A stretch of DNA of 44,240 nt from Candidatus Omnitrophota bacterium (GTDB taxonomy: Bacteria; Omnitrophota; Gorgyraeia; 2-01-FULL-45-10), in assembly GCA_026387155.1 (NCBI GenBank), contig JAPLMF010000019.1, forward strand, positions 1-44,240, read 5' to 3'. Made by a program: the position numbers and the translations under genes. The notes beneath the pieces were generated by a model. It saw nothing but the letters and a program-made list of their open reading frames with translations, was not told where the DNA came from and did not search any database. Shown piece after piece: positions 7,605 through 16,848 of the stretch. Position 1 is the first letter of the stretch. Every line of letters starts with the position of its first letter.

Positions 7605-9791
7605 CTATTCTTCTCCCTTAATTATCTTTGTCATCTCGGAGGAAAGATCGCTCAAACGTTTTGCTTCTTCTCGGATTTTCTGAATTAATTCGTTTCGTTT
7701 TGATTTATCGTTAATATTGTCAGGTTTCGGTAACTCTGCAGCAGCCTCTGAAATAATCTTTAGTGGGGCTGGAAGATCAAGGGAGAATGTACTTAAAAGC
7801 AGATTTCGTAGACGTTCGCTTTCAATATCCGCTTCAGTCTTTATTGCCGTAGCAGCAAGTTGAGCGCCTTCTACTGCCGATGCGGTTTGATTTACGAATA
7901 TTTCAAGTGTATGTAGTTGATCTGGATCGGTTAACTGCTTCTCTTCTCTTGGAAATAGGCCAATAACACCTACAGTCTTTTCAGCGCCTGTTAATGGCAA
8001 ATAAATACCGCGTGAGCCGGGAAGCGTGTCCGTATCCTTTCCCGCCATCTTTTTATGCTCATATACCCACTGAGCCACAGCTTCTTCGTTTGGATTTAAT
8101 GGTAAGGCCTGAGAATCACCGAAACGGATCGTAATCCCTTTGCCCTTGGTAGGCGTAAAAATAACAGCCGGGCATTTAAAGAACTCTTGGACATAATGAA
8201 CAGATATCTGAAATATTTCGTCCAGATTGGATGTCTTGGCTAAATCCCTGTTCAAATAATACAATGCCTGAGTCCTATTTTCCCGCAGTCGCATAGCCAT
8301 GGTCTGTTGCCTAAGACGGCCTGTGAGGCTTCCTATTATAACGCCTACTACTAACATGACGCCGAATGTTATGAAATATTCAACATTGGCTACGGCAAAT
8401 GTGAAATAAGGCGGAACAAAGAAGAAATCAAAACATAATACACTTAATATCGAGGCTAGGATTGACATTCTACGTCCATATCGAAAAGCTATCCATGTAA
8501 CACTTAAAAAATAAACCATTATCAGGTTTACAAGACTTATATACTTAAATAATAGACCATCTATTGCAGTGCAAATGACAATCGTGCCGATAGTCCACAG
8601 CAGTCCTTTCCATGGAAATGGCCTAAGCGTGGGAGCTTCATGTTTCATTGGAATCTCCTGTGACTCCCCGCTCATTAAATATAAATCTATTTCGCCGCAT
8701 TTTCGCGCAAGCGCATTTATTACAGACCCAAAGAGAAATTCATGCCATTTAGGTTTCCTAGGTTTTCCGATAATTATCTTTGTGATATTCCTAGAGCGCG
8801 CATAGTCGATAATTGTTTCTGCAACATTCAAACCACTAAGAGTAATGGTTTCGGCTCCTAACCGTTCAGCTAAACGCATCATTTCGGCTATATCTGCCTT
8901 GCCTCTTCTATTGGGTATTTGAGAAATCGGATCAACATAGGCAACTATCCATTCGACACCGATACTGGAAGCAATGCGCTTTCCTGCTCGTATCAGCTGC
9001 ATGGCGCGTGGGCTCGCGCTTATACATACCAAAAGCCTATCTCTTACATTCCAAACCTTTGTTATAGAATAGGCCTGTTTATAGGATCGCATCCTAGCGT
9101 CTACAGTTCTGGAAGTATACTGAAGAGCCAATTGGCGAAGAGCAATAAGATTTCCTATCTGAAAGAAATTTTGGATTGCCCGCTGGGCTTGTTCGCCAAG
9201 GTATACCTTGCCTTCCTTGAGACGTTTAAGCAGGTCTTCAGGAGAGAGATCTACTAATTCTATATCGTCTGCCTTTTCTACAAAGGTATCTGGAACCGTT
9301 TCACGCACTGTCACGCCTGTAATCTGAGCCACAACATCATTTGCACTATCGCAGTGTTGAACGTTTAGAGTCGTATAAACATTGATGCCTGCGTCCAAGA
9401 GTTCTTCTACGTCCTGCCAGCGTTTCGGATGACGAGAACCGGAAGCATTAGAGTGAGCCAATTCGTCAACCAATATTGTAGAGGGACACCTCTTTAAGGC
9501 CGAGTCAACATCAAATTCACTAAGTTTGATATTTTTATACGGCACTTCCTTGCGAGGCAGAATTTCAAGGCCTTCTAATAAAGCGTCTGTGTCGGCACGA
9601 CCATGCGTCTCTATATAGCCGACAACGACATCGATGCCCTCTTTTTTCAGAACTCTTGCAGCTTCAAGCATAGAATAGGTTTTCCCTACTCCGGCCATAG
9701 CCCCGAAGAAGATCTTAAGCTTTCCGCGGTTAGATTCTTCGCTCTTCACCCGCGCTAGAATTTCCTCTATGTTGTTTTTTTCATTTGCCAT
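7605..9791 (-). CDS. kdpD: KdpD-like sensor lacking kinase function (KdpD-N, USP, 4 TM, GAF, degenerate HisKA; no HATPase domain)
   Basis: N-terminal GAMAGVGKTYSML Walker-like KdpD domain, a TM block and a GAF-like region. The C-terminus reads ERLRNLLLSTFSLDLPAPL where canonical KdpD has ..SHDLRTPL. The ORF ends about 50 aa later. Confidence 0.8.
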   Translation of the reverse strand: MANEKNNIEEILARVKSEESNRGKLKIFFGAMAGVGKTYSMLEAARVLKKEGIDVVVGYIETHGRADTDALLEGLEILPRKEVPYKNIKLSEFDVDSALKRCPSTILVDELAHSNASGSRHPKRWQDVEELLDAGINVYTTLNVQHCDSANDVVAQITGVTVRETVPDTFVEKADDIELVDLSPEDLLKRLKEGKVYLGEQAQRAIQNFFQIGNLIALRQLALQYTSRTVDARMRSYKQAYSITKVWNVRDRLLVCISASPRAMQLIRAGKRIASSIGVEWIVAYVDPISQIPNRRGKADIAEMMRLAERLGAETITLSGLNVAETIIDYARSRNITKIIIGKPRKPKWHEFLFGSVINALARKCGEIDLYLMSGESQEIPMKHEAPTLRPFPWKGLLWTIGTIVICTAIDGLLFKYISLVNLIMVYFLSVTWIAFRYGRRMSILASILSVLCFDFFFVPPYFTFAVANVEYFITFGVMLVVGVIIGSLTGRLRQQTMAMRLRENRTQALYYLNRDLAKTSNLDEIFQISVHYVQEFFKCPAVIFTPTKGKGITIRFGDSQALPLNPNEEAVAQWVYEHKKMAGKDTDTLPGSRGIYLPLTGAEKTVGVIGLFPREEKQLTDPDQLHTLEIFVNQTASAVEGAQLAATAIKTEADIESERLRNLLLSTFSLDLPAPLKIISEAAAELPKPDNINDKSKRNELIQKIREEAKRLSDLSSEMTKIIKGEE

Positions 9792-9805
9792 ATCTATAAT
9801 ATACT

Positions 9806-10387
9806 CTATTTTTTACTCGAATCCAAATCCATATTTACCTTCAACACATTCACAACAGGCTCTCCGATTAAACCAAAAAGACGTCCATTTGTGTTTCGAT
9901 CAATAATATTTTTTACTACATTTACAGAAAGCCCTCTATGCTTTGCAATTCTAGAAATCTGATAATACGCTCCGGCTAAACTTATATGCGGATCAAGCCC
10001 GCTCGCCGACGAAGTCACCAAGTCTACAGGTATAGGCACCTTGTTTTTGGGATCGGCTGCACGCAGTTTTTCAATACGCGCCTTCACAGTCTCTAAAAAC
10101 AGGGGATTAGATGGGCCGATGTTTGAACCTAATGACGAACTAGAATTATAAGGCACGGGCGATGTAGCCGACAGCCGTCCCCATAGATATTTAGGATCAT
10201 CAAATGGTTGTCCTATAAGGGCTGAACCAATTATTTTTCCATCTCGATATATAAGGCTACCGTTAGCTTTGGTATGGAAAAAAGCTTTAGCAATTCCTGT
10301 GACGAAAAGCGGATACAGAATGCCGGTAATTATCGTCAGGATTATGAAAACAGAAATAGCGGATCTTAGCTCTTTAAACATAGTCAT
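9806..10387 (-). CDS. kdpC: K+-transporting ATPase subunit KdpC
   Basis: 193 aa with an N-terminal TM helix and typical KdpC motifs (GSALIGQ, SGLDPHIS). It sits directly downstream of kdpB. Confidence 0.9.
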   Translation of the reverse strand: MTMFKELRSAISVFIILTIITGILYPLFVTGIAKAFFHTKANGSLIYRDGKIIGSALIGQPFDDPKYLWGRLSATSPVPYNSSSSLGSNIGPSNPLFLETVKARIEKLRAADPKNKVPIPVDLVTSSASGLDPHISLAGAYYQISRIAKHRGLSVNVVKNIIDRNTNGRLFGLIGEPVVNVLKVNMDLDSSKK

Positions 10388-10389
10388 TC

Positions 10390-12471
10390 CTATACAAAAT
10401 GTAAAGCAGCCAACAACATATCAATTAGTTTTATCCCAATAAACGGTGCAATAATACCACCTATACCATAAATCAAAAGGTTATCCCTTAAAAGGCGGTT
10501 TGCCGACATCGGTTTGTAAGGTATCCCTCGTAGAGCTAATGGAATAAGCATTATTATGATAATCGCGTTAAAAATAACCGCTGATAAAACAGCGCTTGCC
10601 GGTGTTGTAAGGTGCATTATATTAAGCGCGTTTAATTGCGGATACGTTCCAACAAATGCCGCGGGAATAATAGCAAAGTATTTTGATACATCATTAGCTA
10701 TGCTAAAAGTAGTTAACGAGCCTCTCGTCATAAGTAACTGTTTTCCAATCTCAACGATTTCAATCAATTTTGTAGGATTAGAGTCCAGGTCTATAAGATT
10801 TCCGGCCTCTTTCGCAGCCTGCGTTCCTGTATTCATGGCAACGGCGACATCCGCTTGTGCGAGAGCAGGTGCGTCATTAGTACCATCGCCTGTCATGGCG
10901 ACAAGCCTACCGCCAAGTTGCATTTCTCGAATAAGCTTAAGTTTTGTTTCAGGTGTTGCTTGCGCCAAAAAATCATCCATCCCCGCCTCGGCAGCTATAG
11001 CCGCAGCTGTTAACGGATTATCCCCTGTGATCATTATAGTTTTGATTCCCATGCGGCGAAGTTCCGCGAAACGTTCTCTTATTCCGCCCTTCACTATATC
11101 CTTCAACTGAATAACACCTAATACATTTTTATGTTCCGCTACTACAAGCGGCGTGCCGCCAGTCTTGGATATGTTCTGAATATTAAATTTCAAGTCTTCC
11201 GGGAAAAGCCCTCCGAGCTTTTTTACATATCCCTCTATCGCATCGGCTGAACCCTTCCTGATCTGCCTTCCATCACCCAAATCCACTCCGCTCATTCTTG
11301 TCTGGGCAGTAAAAGGGATAAATTTCGCTTCGAGTTCATGAATATGACGTTCTCTAATGTTGTATTTCTCTTTAGCTAATATCACTATGCTTCTGCCTTC
11401 AGGGGTTTCGTCAGATAGCGAAGCCAATTGTGCCGCATCCGCCAACGCTTCAACTGTTACGCCTTGAGCAGGTATAAAAGCCACTGCTTGTCTGTTGCCA
11501 AGAGTTATCGTGCCTGTCTTATCAAGTAACAGAACATCGACATCTCCTGCCGCTTCAACGGCACGACCTGAAGTAGCTATGACGTTTGCCTGAATCATCC
11601 TGTCCATACCGGCTATGCCTATGGCAGGTAGAAGGCCCCCTATAGTAGTTGGTATTAGACATACGAGTAGTGCCACTAATACAGTTACCGTAATTGGTAC
11701 ACCATGCCCTGAGCTTAAGACGCTGTAAATCGAAAATGGCAGAAGTGTAACCGTAGCCAAAAGGAATATTATCGTAAATACCGCAAGTAGAATGCTGAGG
11801 GCTATTTCATTGGGCGTCTTCTGTCGTTTTGCGCCTTCGACCATCGCTATCATATGATCTAAAAATGTTTCTCCAGGATTTGAGCTGACACGCACTACCA
11901 GCCAATCCGAAAGCACCCGAGTTCCTCCGGTAACAGCGTTACGATCTCCGCCCGATTCGCGTATTACGGGTGCGCTTTCTCCAGTAATAGCACTTTCATC
12001 AACTGAAGCTACTCCTTCAATAATCTCGCCGTCCATCGGTATAATGTCACCTGCTTCGACTAAAACAACATCTCCTTTTCGGATCGTCGTTGCTGAAATC
12101 GTGTCGTAACTTGAGCCATATTTTGGGCTTGAGAGTTTCTTTGCTGGAGTATCACGCCTTGCTTTCTTAAGGCTTGCTGCCTGAGCCTTGCCGCGGCCTT
12201 CGGCCATTGCCTCCGCGAAATTAGCAAATATCAATGTAAACCAAAGCCATAGCGTTATGGCCAAGATAAAACTTGCCGGCGCCTCCCCGTGTGCAAAAAT
12301 AGCCTGAACATATAACCCTGTAGTGAGAATGCTGCCTACCAATACCACAAACATTACAGGATTCTTAATTTGATGCCAAGGATTCAATTTTTTTATCGAA
12401 TCGACAATCGCCGGAATTACAATTGCGGGATCGAATAATGATTTTGTTTTATGATGTCTCTTTATTTTCAT
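10390..12471 (-). CDS. kdpB: K+-transporting P-type ATPase subunit KdpB
   Basis: 693 aa with the DKTGTIT phosphorylation motif, TGDN and [10 protein letters not shown]. Confidence 0.95.
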   Translation of the reverse strand: MKIKRHHKTKSLFDPAIVIPAIVDSIKKLNPWHQIKNPVMFVVLVGSILTTGLYVQAIFAHGEAPASFILAITLWLWFTLIFANFAEAMAEGRGKAQAASLKKARRDTPAKKLSSPKYGSSYDTISATTIRKGDVVLVEAGDIIPMDGEIIEGVASVDESAITGESAPVIRESGGDRNAVTGGTRVLSDWLVVRVSSNPGETFLDHMIAMVEGAKRQKTPNEIALSILLAVFTIIFLLATVTLLPFSIYSVLSSGHGVPITVTVLVALLVCLIPTTIGGLLPAIGIAGMDRMIQANVIATSGRAVEAAGDVDVLLLDKTGTITLGNRQAVAFIPAQGVTVEALADAAQLASLSDETPEGRSIVILAKEKYNIRERHIHELEAKFIPFTAQTRMSGVDLGDGRQIRKGSADAIEGYVKKLGGLFPEDLKFNIQNISKTGGTPLVVAEHKNVLGVIQLKDIVKGGIRERFAELRRMGIKTIMITGDNPLTAAAIAAEAGMDDFLAQATPETKLKLIREMQLGGRLVAMTGDGTNDAPALAQADVAVAMNTGTQAAKEAGNLIDLDSNPTKLIEIVEIGKQLLMTRGSLTTFSIANDVSKYFAIIPAAFVGTYPQLNALNIMHLTTPASAVLSAVIFNAIIIIMLIPLALRGIPYKPMSANRLLRDNLLIYGIGGIIAPFIGIKLIDMLLAALHFV

Positions 12472-12479
12472 ACATAACC

Positions 12480-14225
12480 TTATAGAGAAGTAAGCATCAA
12501 ATGCTCAGCAATAGGCCCAAGCGCCAATGCCGGGATAAATGTAAGCGCACCTACAATTAATATAACCATGACCAGAAATACAATAAAAAGCGGCGTATGC
12601 GTAGGCAGTGTCCCCTGGCTTACAGGCACTATTTTTTTCCTAGAAAGTGAGCCCGCAATCGCAAGCGCAGGTATTATAAGCCAGTATCTGGCGAAGAACA
12701 TCGCTAATCCTTGAGCAATATTATAGAAAAGTGTATTCGTAGTTAATCCAGCAAACGCGCTTCCGTTGTTATTTCCTGCCGAAGAAAATGCATATAATAC
12801 TTCGCTAAATCCATGCGGCCCGGGGTTTAAGATTGAACTTTTAGCAGCAGGCACAATTACCGAAACGGCTGTGCCTATAAGAACAATCATCGGCGGTATT
12901 AGAATCATGAGAGAAGCCATTTTCATTTCATATGCCTCTATTTTCTTTCCTAAATATTCCGGAGTACGGCCAATCATAAGGCCTGAGATAAAGACAGCGA
13001 CAATAATAAATGCAATCATACCGTAAAGTCCTGAACCAACTCCGCCAAATATAACCTCTCCTAATTGCATAAGCCACATCGGAATAAGGCCGCCTAATGG
13101 CATATAAGAATCATGCATTGAGTTGACCGAACCATTGGAAGCCGCGGTTGTAGCCGTTGCCCATAAAGCGGAATTTGCGATGCCGAAGCGCGACTCCTTG
13201 CCCTCCATATTCCCACCTGGCTGCATAGCGCTTGATCTCTGGTCAATTCCTAATTTACTTAACAGAGGATTTCCCTGTTGTTCAACATGCGTACATAGCC
13301 AAAGGCATGGAATAAAAATAATTAACATGGCAGCCAGAATTGCCCAGCCCTGACGTTTGTCTTTAACCATATATCCAAATGTATAGCATAGTGCAGCAGC
13401 TATCAAAAGTATGGCCAGAACTTCCAAGAAATTTGACAGAGGCGTAGGATTCTCAAATGGATGAGCAGAATTAACATTGAAAAATCCCCCTCCGTTAGTC
13501 CCTAACTGTTTAATGGCGATCTGCGAGGCGGCAGGGCCAAGAGCAATCATTTGTTCAGACATAACTTTTCCAGTCACATCTTTAGTCGTCTCGATAAGCG
13601 CTGCTTTTACGCTCGGAGCGAATGTCTGGACAGCGCCCTGGGAAACCAATACAATGGAAAATATAATCGCCAGCGGAAGAAGTATATACAATGTTGACCG
13701 GACAAGATCTACCCAGAAATTGCCTATAGTTTCCGTTTGTTTTTGAATAAATCCTCTTATCACAGCCACAAGGACTGCCATACCTGTTGCCGCGGACACA
13801 AAGTTTTGTACGGTTAAAGTCAGCATCTGAGTAAAATAGCTTAGAGTAGTTTCACCACCGTAACTTTGCCAGTTCGTATTTGTCGCAAAGCTAACTGCAG
13901 TATTAAATGCAAGATCCGGTGTTACCGGTGGCATGGACATGGGATTTAAAGGAAGATGCATTTGAAGACGCTGAATAATATAAACGACTACTATGCCAAT
14001 AATATTAAATATCATCACTGCCACAGCATATGTTTTCCATGGCATGCTTATTTCAGGATTAATGCCAGATAAGCGATAGGTTAATCTTTCAATGGGCCCA
14101 AGCCATATGTTAAGACCTGTCGGCTTTCCTTCGTATATGCGGGCCATATAAGTTCCAAGCGGCTTAACTAATAGTACCAATACCACAAGATAGATTCCGC
14201 CTTGAATTATATTGTTCCAATTCAT
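12480..14225 (-). CDS. kdpA: K+-transporting ATPase subunit KdpA
   Basis: Polytopic protein with KdpA-type selectivity loops ([18 protein letters not shown]). I place the start at MNWNNIIQG (14225), where ATGA overlaps the kdpF stop. The 25-codon upstream extension in the ORF track overlaps kdpF in another frame. Confidence 0.9.
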   Translation of the reverse strand: MNWNNIIQGGIYLVVLVLLVKPLGTYMARIYEGKPTGLNIWLGPIERLTYRLSGINPEISMPWKTYAVAVMIFNIIGIVVVYIIQRLQMHLPLNPMSMPPVTPDLAFNTAVSFATNTNWQSYGGETTLSYFTQMLTLTVQNFVSAATGMAVLVAVIRGFIQKQTETIGNFWVDLVRSTLYILLPLAIIFSIVLVSQGAVQTFAPSVKAALIETTKDVTGKVMSEQMIALGPAASQIAIKQLGTNGGGFFNVNSAHPFENPTPLSNFLEVLAILLIAAALCYTFGYMVKDKRQGWAILAAMLIIFIPCLWLCTHVEQQGNPLLSKLGIDQRSSAMQPGGNMEGKESRFGIANSALWATATTAASNGSVNSMHDSYMPLGGLIPMWLMQLGEVIFGGVGSGLYGMIAFIIVAVFISGLMIGRTPEYLGKKIEAYEMKMASLMILIPPMIVLIGTAVSVIVPAAKSSILNPGPHGFSEVLYAFSSAGNNNGSAFAGLTTNTLFYNIAQGLAMFFARYWLIIPALAIAGSLSRKKIVPVSQGTLPTHTPLFIVFLVMVILIVGALTFIPALALGPIAEHLMLTSL

Positions 14226-14314
14226 GAAAATATCTCCGGCTTCAATAGGGCAATCAACAAATAGGCAAATAAAAGTAGTGAAATTGTGCCCCCTATCCAA
14301 TAGATAATAGTCAT
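14222..14314 (-). CDS. kdpF: KdpF small subunit
   Basis: 30-aa peptide [30 protein letters not shown]. The ...YLLxALLxPExF ending is typical of KdpF. A GAGGG SD lies 9 nt upstream, and the TGA stop overlaps the kdpA ATG. Confidence 0.8.
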   Translation of the reverse strand: MTIIYWIGGTISLLLFAYLLIALLKPEIFS

Positions 14315-14329
14315 ATTATTGCCCTCACC

Positions 14330-14410
14330 CTATAATTTGCTGCATAGCGCAATAAACACAAAAGAGGTTATCGCAAGAGACAAAATAATACCTACAAATA
14401 AAATGTCCAT
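14330..14410 (-). CDS. Second small hydrophobic peptide (26 aa) between the riboswitch terminator and kdpF
   Basis: MDILFVGIILSLAITSFVFIALCSKL, with an AAGGAAG SD 8-9 nt upstream of the ATG. Not in the ORF track because it is too short. Confidence 0.4.
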   Translation of the reverse strand: MDILFVGIILSLAITSFVFIALCSKL

Positions 14411-14425
14411 AATTTAATCTTCCTT

Positions 14426-14460
14426 AAAAACAAAAACCAGAGGATGCTTAGCTCTGGTTT
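14426..14460 (-). terminator. Intrinsic terminator (expression platform of the c-di-AMP riboswitch)
   Basis: On the minus strand: AAACCAGAG-CUAAGCAUC-CUCUGGUUU followed by UUGUUUUU, immediately 3' of the aptamer. Confidence 0.8.
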
Positions 14461-14461
14461 G

Positions 14462-14618
14462 CATTCTCTCATATTGGCTTACGGGGTTAGCTGTCGAGCT
14501 CGGGTTGAGTGACCCTAATCTACTACTCTGTAGATATTTAGATATTCGCCCTAAGGTCTGTCGTAGACCGTACTTTGGTTTCCCCGTTTCCTTCTAAATA
14601 CAGCAATTAAAAGGAATG
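14462..14618 (-). promoter_or_regulatory. c-di-AMP riboswitch (ydaO/kimA class) in the kdp leader
   Basis: The minus-strand RNA contains the class-defining blocks ACGGGGAAACC, UUAGGGCGAAUAUCU, GUAGAUUAGGGUCAC and AACCCGAGCUCGACAGCUAACCCCGUAAGCCAAUA. It is closed by CAUUC...GAAUG. The blocks match my recollection of the crystallised ydaO aptamers. Confidence 0.85.
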
Positions 14619-14634
14619 TAGCTTATTAATGTTG

Positions 14635-14663
14635 ATTATAAATCTCAAAACCCTTTGTGTCAA
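14635..14663 (-). promoter_or_regulatory. Consensus sigma-70 promoter of the kdp operon
   Basis: On the minus strand: TTGACA (14663-14658), a 17-nt spacer and TATAAT (14640-14635). The -35 element overlaps the stop of the sigma-like gene. Confidence 0.8.
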
Positions 14664-15037
14664 TATAAGATACAATCAGACTTTTTTATCTCTTCTTTTA
14701 TAAAATCAATAATGAATCCGTCAATTCTTTTCCAGATATAATAACTGAATCGGACGGGCTTTGAATTACTATGTTTGTCCTTATATCGCAAATCGTAAGT
14801 TTTAATTTTATCATAAAGGATAGGTATAGCCTGCGAGAGGATGTCTTCCCCAAAACGAACACGATAGGTTGAAAACGCTATCTTATAAATACGAAAGATG
14901 ACAAAACCTATATGGCGCAGTACAATCTCATCTTTCTTTGCCCTAGAACGTCCTTGTGCTTGTTTAATAAGCCGTCTTTCTTGATAAAGAGAAATTTTAG
15001 GATATTTTCGTATAATCTGGCGGTAAGTTTCGAACAT
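14660..15037 (-). CDS. Sigma-70 region-2-like small protein with no region 4 (element B)
   Basis: 125 aa from MFETY (the start shared with the paralog at 22290). The pattern LYQERRLIKQAQ.G...A..EIVLRHIGFV...DILSQAI..LY..I..YD......KPVRFS.YIWKRI...I.DFI resembles sigma-70 regions 1.2-2.4. Confidence 0.55.
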   Translation of the reverse strand: MFETYRQIIRKYPKISLYQERRLIKQAQGRSRAKKDEIVLRHIGFVIFRIYKIAFSTYRVRFGEDILSQAIPILYDKIKTYDLRYKDKHSNSKPVRFSYYIWKRIDGFIIDFIKEEIKKSDCILY

Positions 15038-15098
15038 AGTTGCTGTATTATACAATCCAAATATCCGAAACCAAATAAAAAATATCTCACCTATCGCC

Positions 15099-15129
15099 TT
15101 GACTTGTGGCAGTTAGTATGGCCTATATG
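15099..15129 (+). promoter_or_regulatory. Candidate promoter of the DUF2924-recombinase operon (element B)
   Basis: TTGACT (15099-15104), a 19-nt spacer and TATATG (15124-15129). The block is nearly identical to 22370-22400. Confidence 0.35.
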
Positions 15130-15157
15130 TCATGAGGTTAGAGAGGGGGTTTTGACG

Positions 15158-15613
15158 ATGAAAGAGACGATTTTAGAGCAAATATTAATCTTAAAAGAAG
15201 CGTCTATTTCGGAGCTTCGGAAGAAGTATTCGGAGGTCTTTGACGGTAAGGAAGCTCCTTCGAATAACAAGATGTGTCTTTGGCAAAGGATCGCTTATAG
15301 GATACAGGAACTTGAATACGGCGGGCTATCGCAGGAGACACAAGATAAGGTTAATGAAATGGCTATAGAATACGATCCGATCAATAACAAGGCACTGAGG
15401 CCAAACGCCGCAAAAATACATCGGCTTTCACGCGATCAACGTCTTCCGATACCGGGAACTGTAATCACAAAAGAATATAAAGGCATTACGATAGAGGTCA
15501 AGATCCTAGAAAAGGGCTTTGAGTGTAACGGCAAGACTTATAAATCTCTTACAGCTATCGCGAAAGAAATCACAGGCTGTCATTGGAACGGATATTTATT
15601 CTTTAACATGTAG
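15158..15613 (+). CDS. DUF2924-like protein (element B)
   Basis: 151 aa from MKETILEQ. Paralog of 861-1316 and 22429-22884, ending ...ITGCHWNGYLFFNM. Confidence 0.6.
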   Translation: MKETILEQILILKEASISELRKKYSEVFDGKEAPSNNKMCLWQRIAYRIQELEYGGLSQETQDKVNEMAIEYDPINNKALRPNAAKIHRLSRDQRLPIPGTVITKEYKGITIEVKILEKGFECNGKTYKSLTAIAKEITGCHWNGYLFFNM

Positions 15614-15620
15614 ATAACTT

Positions 15621-16841
15621 ATGAATAATCTTAAAAAGAGAATCTATTGTGCCATCTACACACGCAAATCCACAAGCGAAGGATTGGACCAGGACTTTAC
15701 GTCTCTGGATGCTCAGCGTGAATCCGCTGAAAGCTATATCGCGAGTCAAAAATCCGAAGGCTGGATTATGCTGCCAACGCTCTATGATGATGGCGGCTAT
15801 ACCGGCGCCAATACCGATAGGCCTGCCTTGCAAAAGCTCATGTCCGATATTAAGAATGGCGGCATTAATTGCGTGGTTGTATATAAAGTAGATCAATTAT
15901 CACGATCGCTGCTAGATTTTACGCATCTATTGGAATTTTTCGAAAAACATAACGTTGCATTCGTGTCAGTTACTCAAGCCTTTAATACAAATACATCGAT
16001 GGGACGGCTTACTTTGAATATCCTTTTGTCTTTCGCCCAGTTCGAGCGAGAAATTATCAGCGAGCGCACCAAAGACAAAATGGGCGCCGCCCGCAAGAAA
16101 GGCCGATGGGTTGGCGGTATACCCATTCTTGGCTATGACCTCGATAGGATTAACCACAAGCTCGTCATAAACCCTAAGGAAGCCGGAATTGTACGAGATT
16201 TATTCGATACCTATATCAAAGAAAAGTCGCTATTACAAACGGCTGTGATGCTCAACGAAAAAGGCTATAGACGTAAGACCTATACCCCGCCTAAAGGCAA
16301 GACGATGGGTGGCCAAAAATTCCAGACTACGACGATGCAATATATTATAAAGAACATTGCATACACAGGCAAAATAAAATATGCTGGAGTAATATATCCC
16401 GGCCTACATGAGCTGATTATATCCGAAGAGAAGTTCCAAAAGGCTCAAGAAATACTCGTCAATAATCGCGTACGGCGCGAGAAAATCGGGCATTCGAAGA
16501 ATATGGCATTACTTAGCAAGATCTTGCGTTGTAAGGCCTGTGATAAAGTAATGTTCCATACCTATACGATGCGCGGCAAATATAAGTACCGTTACTACGT
16601 ATGCCAGAGTGTTCAAAAACAAGGCTCGAATTCGTGCCCTACCAGATCGGTAAATGCACAGGCTATAGAAGACGCCGCAATAGACTGCCTTCGCAAGATG
16701 CCTCAGAAAGAGTTAAAAGAAATTTTGGCTATCTGGGATGTACTATTCCCACAGCTAAAACATGAGGCATTAAAACTCATGGTTAAAGAAGTAAAATACG
16801 ACGGAATGACTGGGAAGTTGGATATTACCTTAAATAACTAG
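15621..16841 (+). CDS. Large serine recombinase (element B) with Gln in place of the conserved DRLxR arginine
   Basis: 406 aa with YTRKSTSE, FAQFEREIISERT and a zinc ribbon (CKACDK...YYVCQS...CP). The motif reads VYKVDQLSRS (CAA at 15894-15896), whereas copies A and C read VDRLSRS. Confidence 0.85.
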   Translation: MNNLKKRIYCAIYTRKSTSEGLDQDFTSLDAQRESAESYIASQKSEGWIMLPTLYDDGGYTGANTDRPALQKLMSDIKNGGINCVVVYKVDQLSRSLLDFTHLLEFFEKHNVAFVSVTQAFNTNTSMGRLTLNILLSFAQFEREIISERTKDKMGAARKKGRWVGGIPILGYDLDRINHKLVINPKEAGIVRDLFDTYIKEKSLLQTAVMLNEKGYRRKTYTPPKGKTMGGQKFQTTTMQYIIKNIAYTGKIKYAGVIYPGLHELIISEEKFQKAQEILVNNRVRREKIGHSKNMALLSKILRCKACDKVMFHTYTMRGKYKYRYYVCQSVQKQGSNSCPTRSVNAQAIEDAAIDCLRKMPQKELKEILAIWDVLFPQLKHEALKLMVKEVKYDGMTGKLDITLNN

Positions 16842-16848
16842 GGTTTTT

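Noticed and set aside
5028-13746. Numerous 60-180-aa ORFs antisense to asmA, kdpD, kdpB and kdpA (e.g. 5028-5510, 5601-6116, 10556-11110)
   Set aside because: They are shadow ORFs on the opposite strand of long, well-supported genes. Their composition is low-complexity and they have no motifs.
14226-14300. 25-codon N-terminal extension of kdpA in the ORF track (MDRGHNFTTFICLF...)
   Set aside because: It overlaps the well-supported kdpF ORF in another frame. The MNWNNIIQG start gives a canonical KdpA N-terminus and an ATGA overlap with kdpF.
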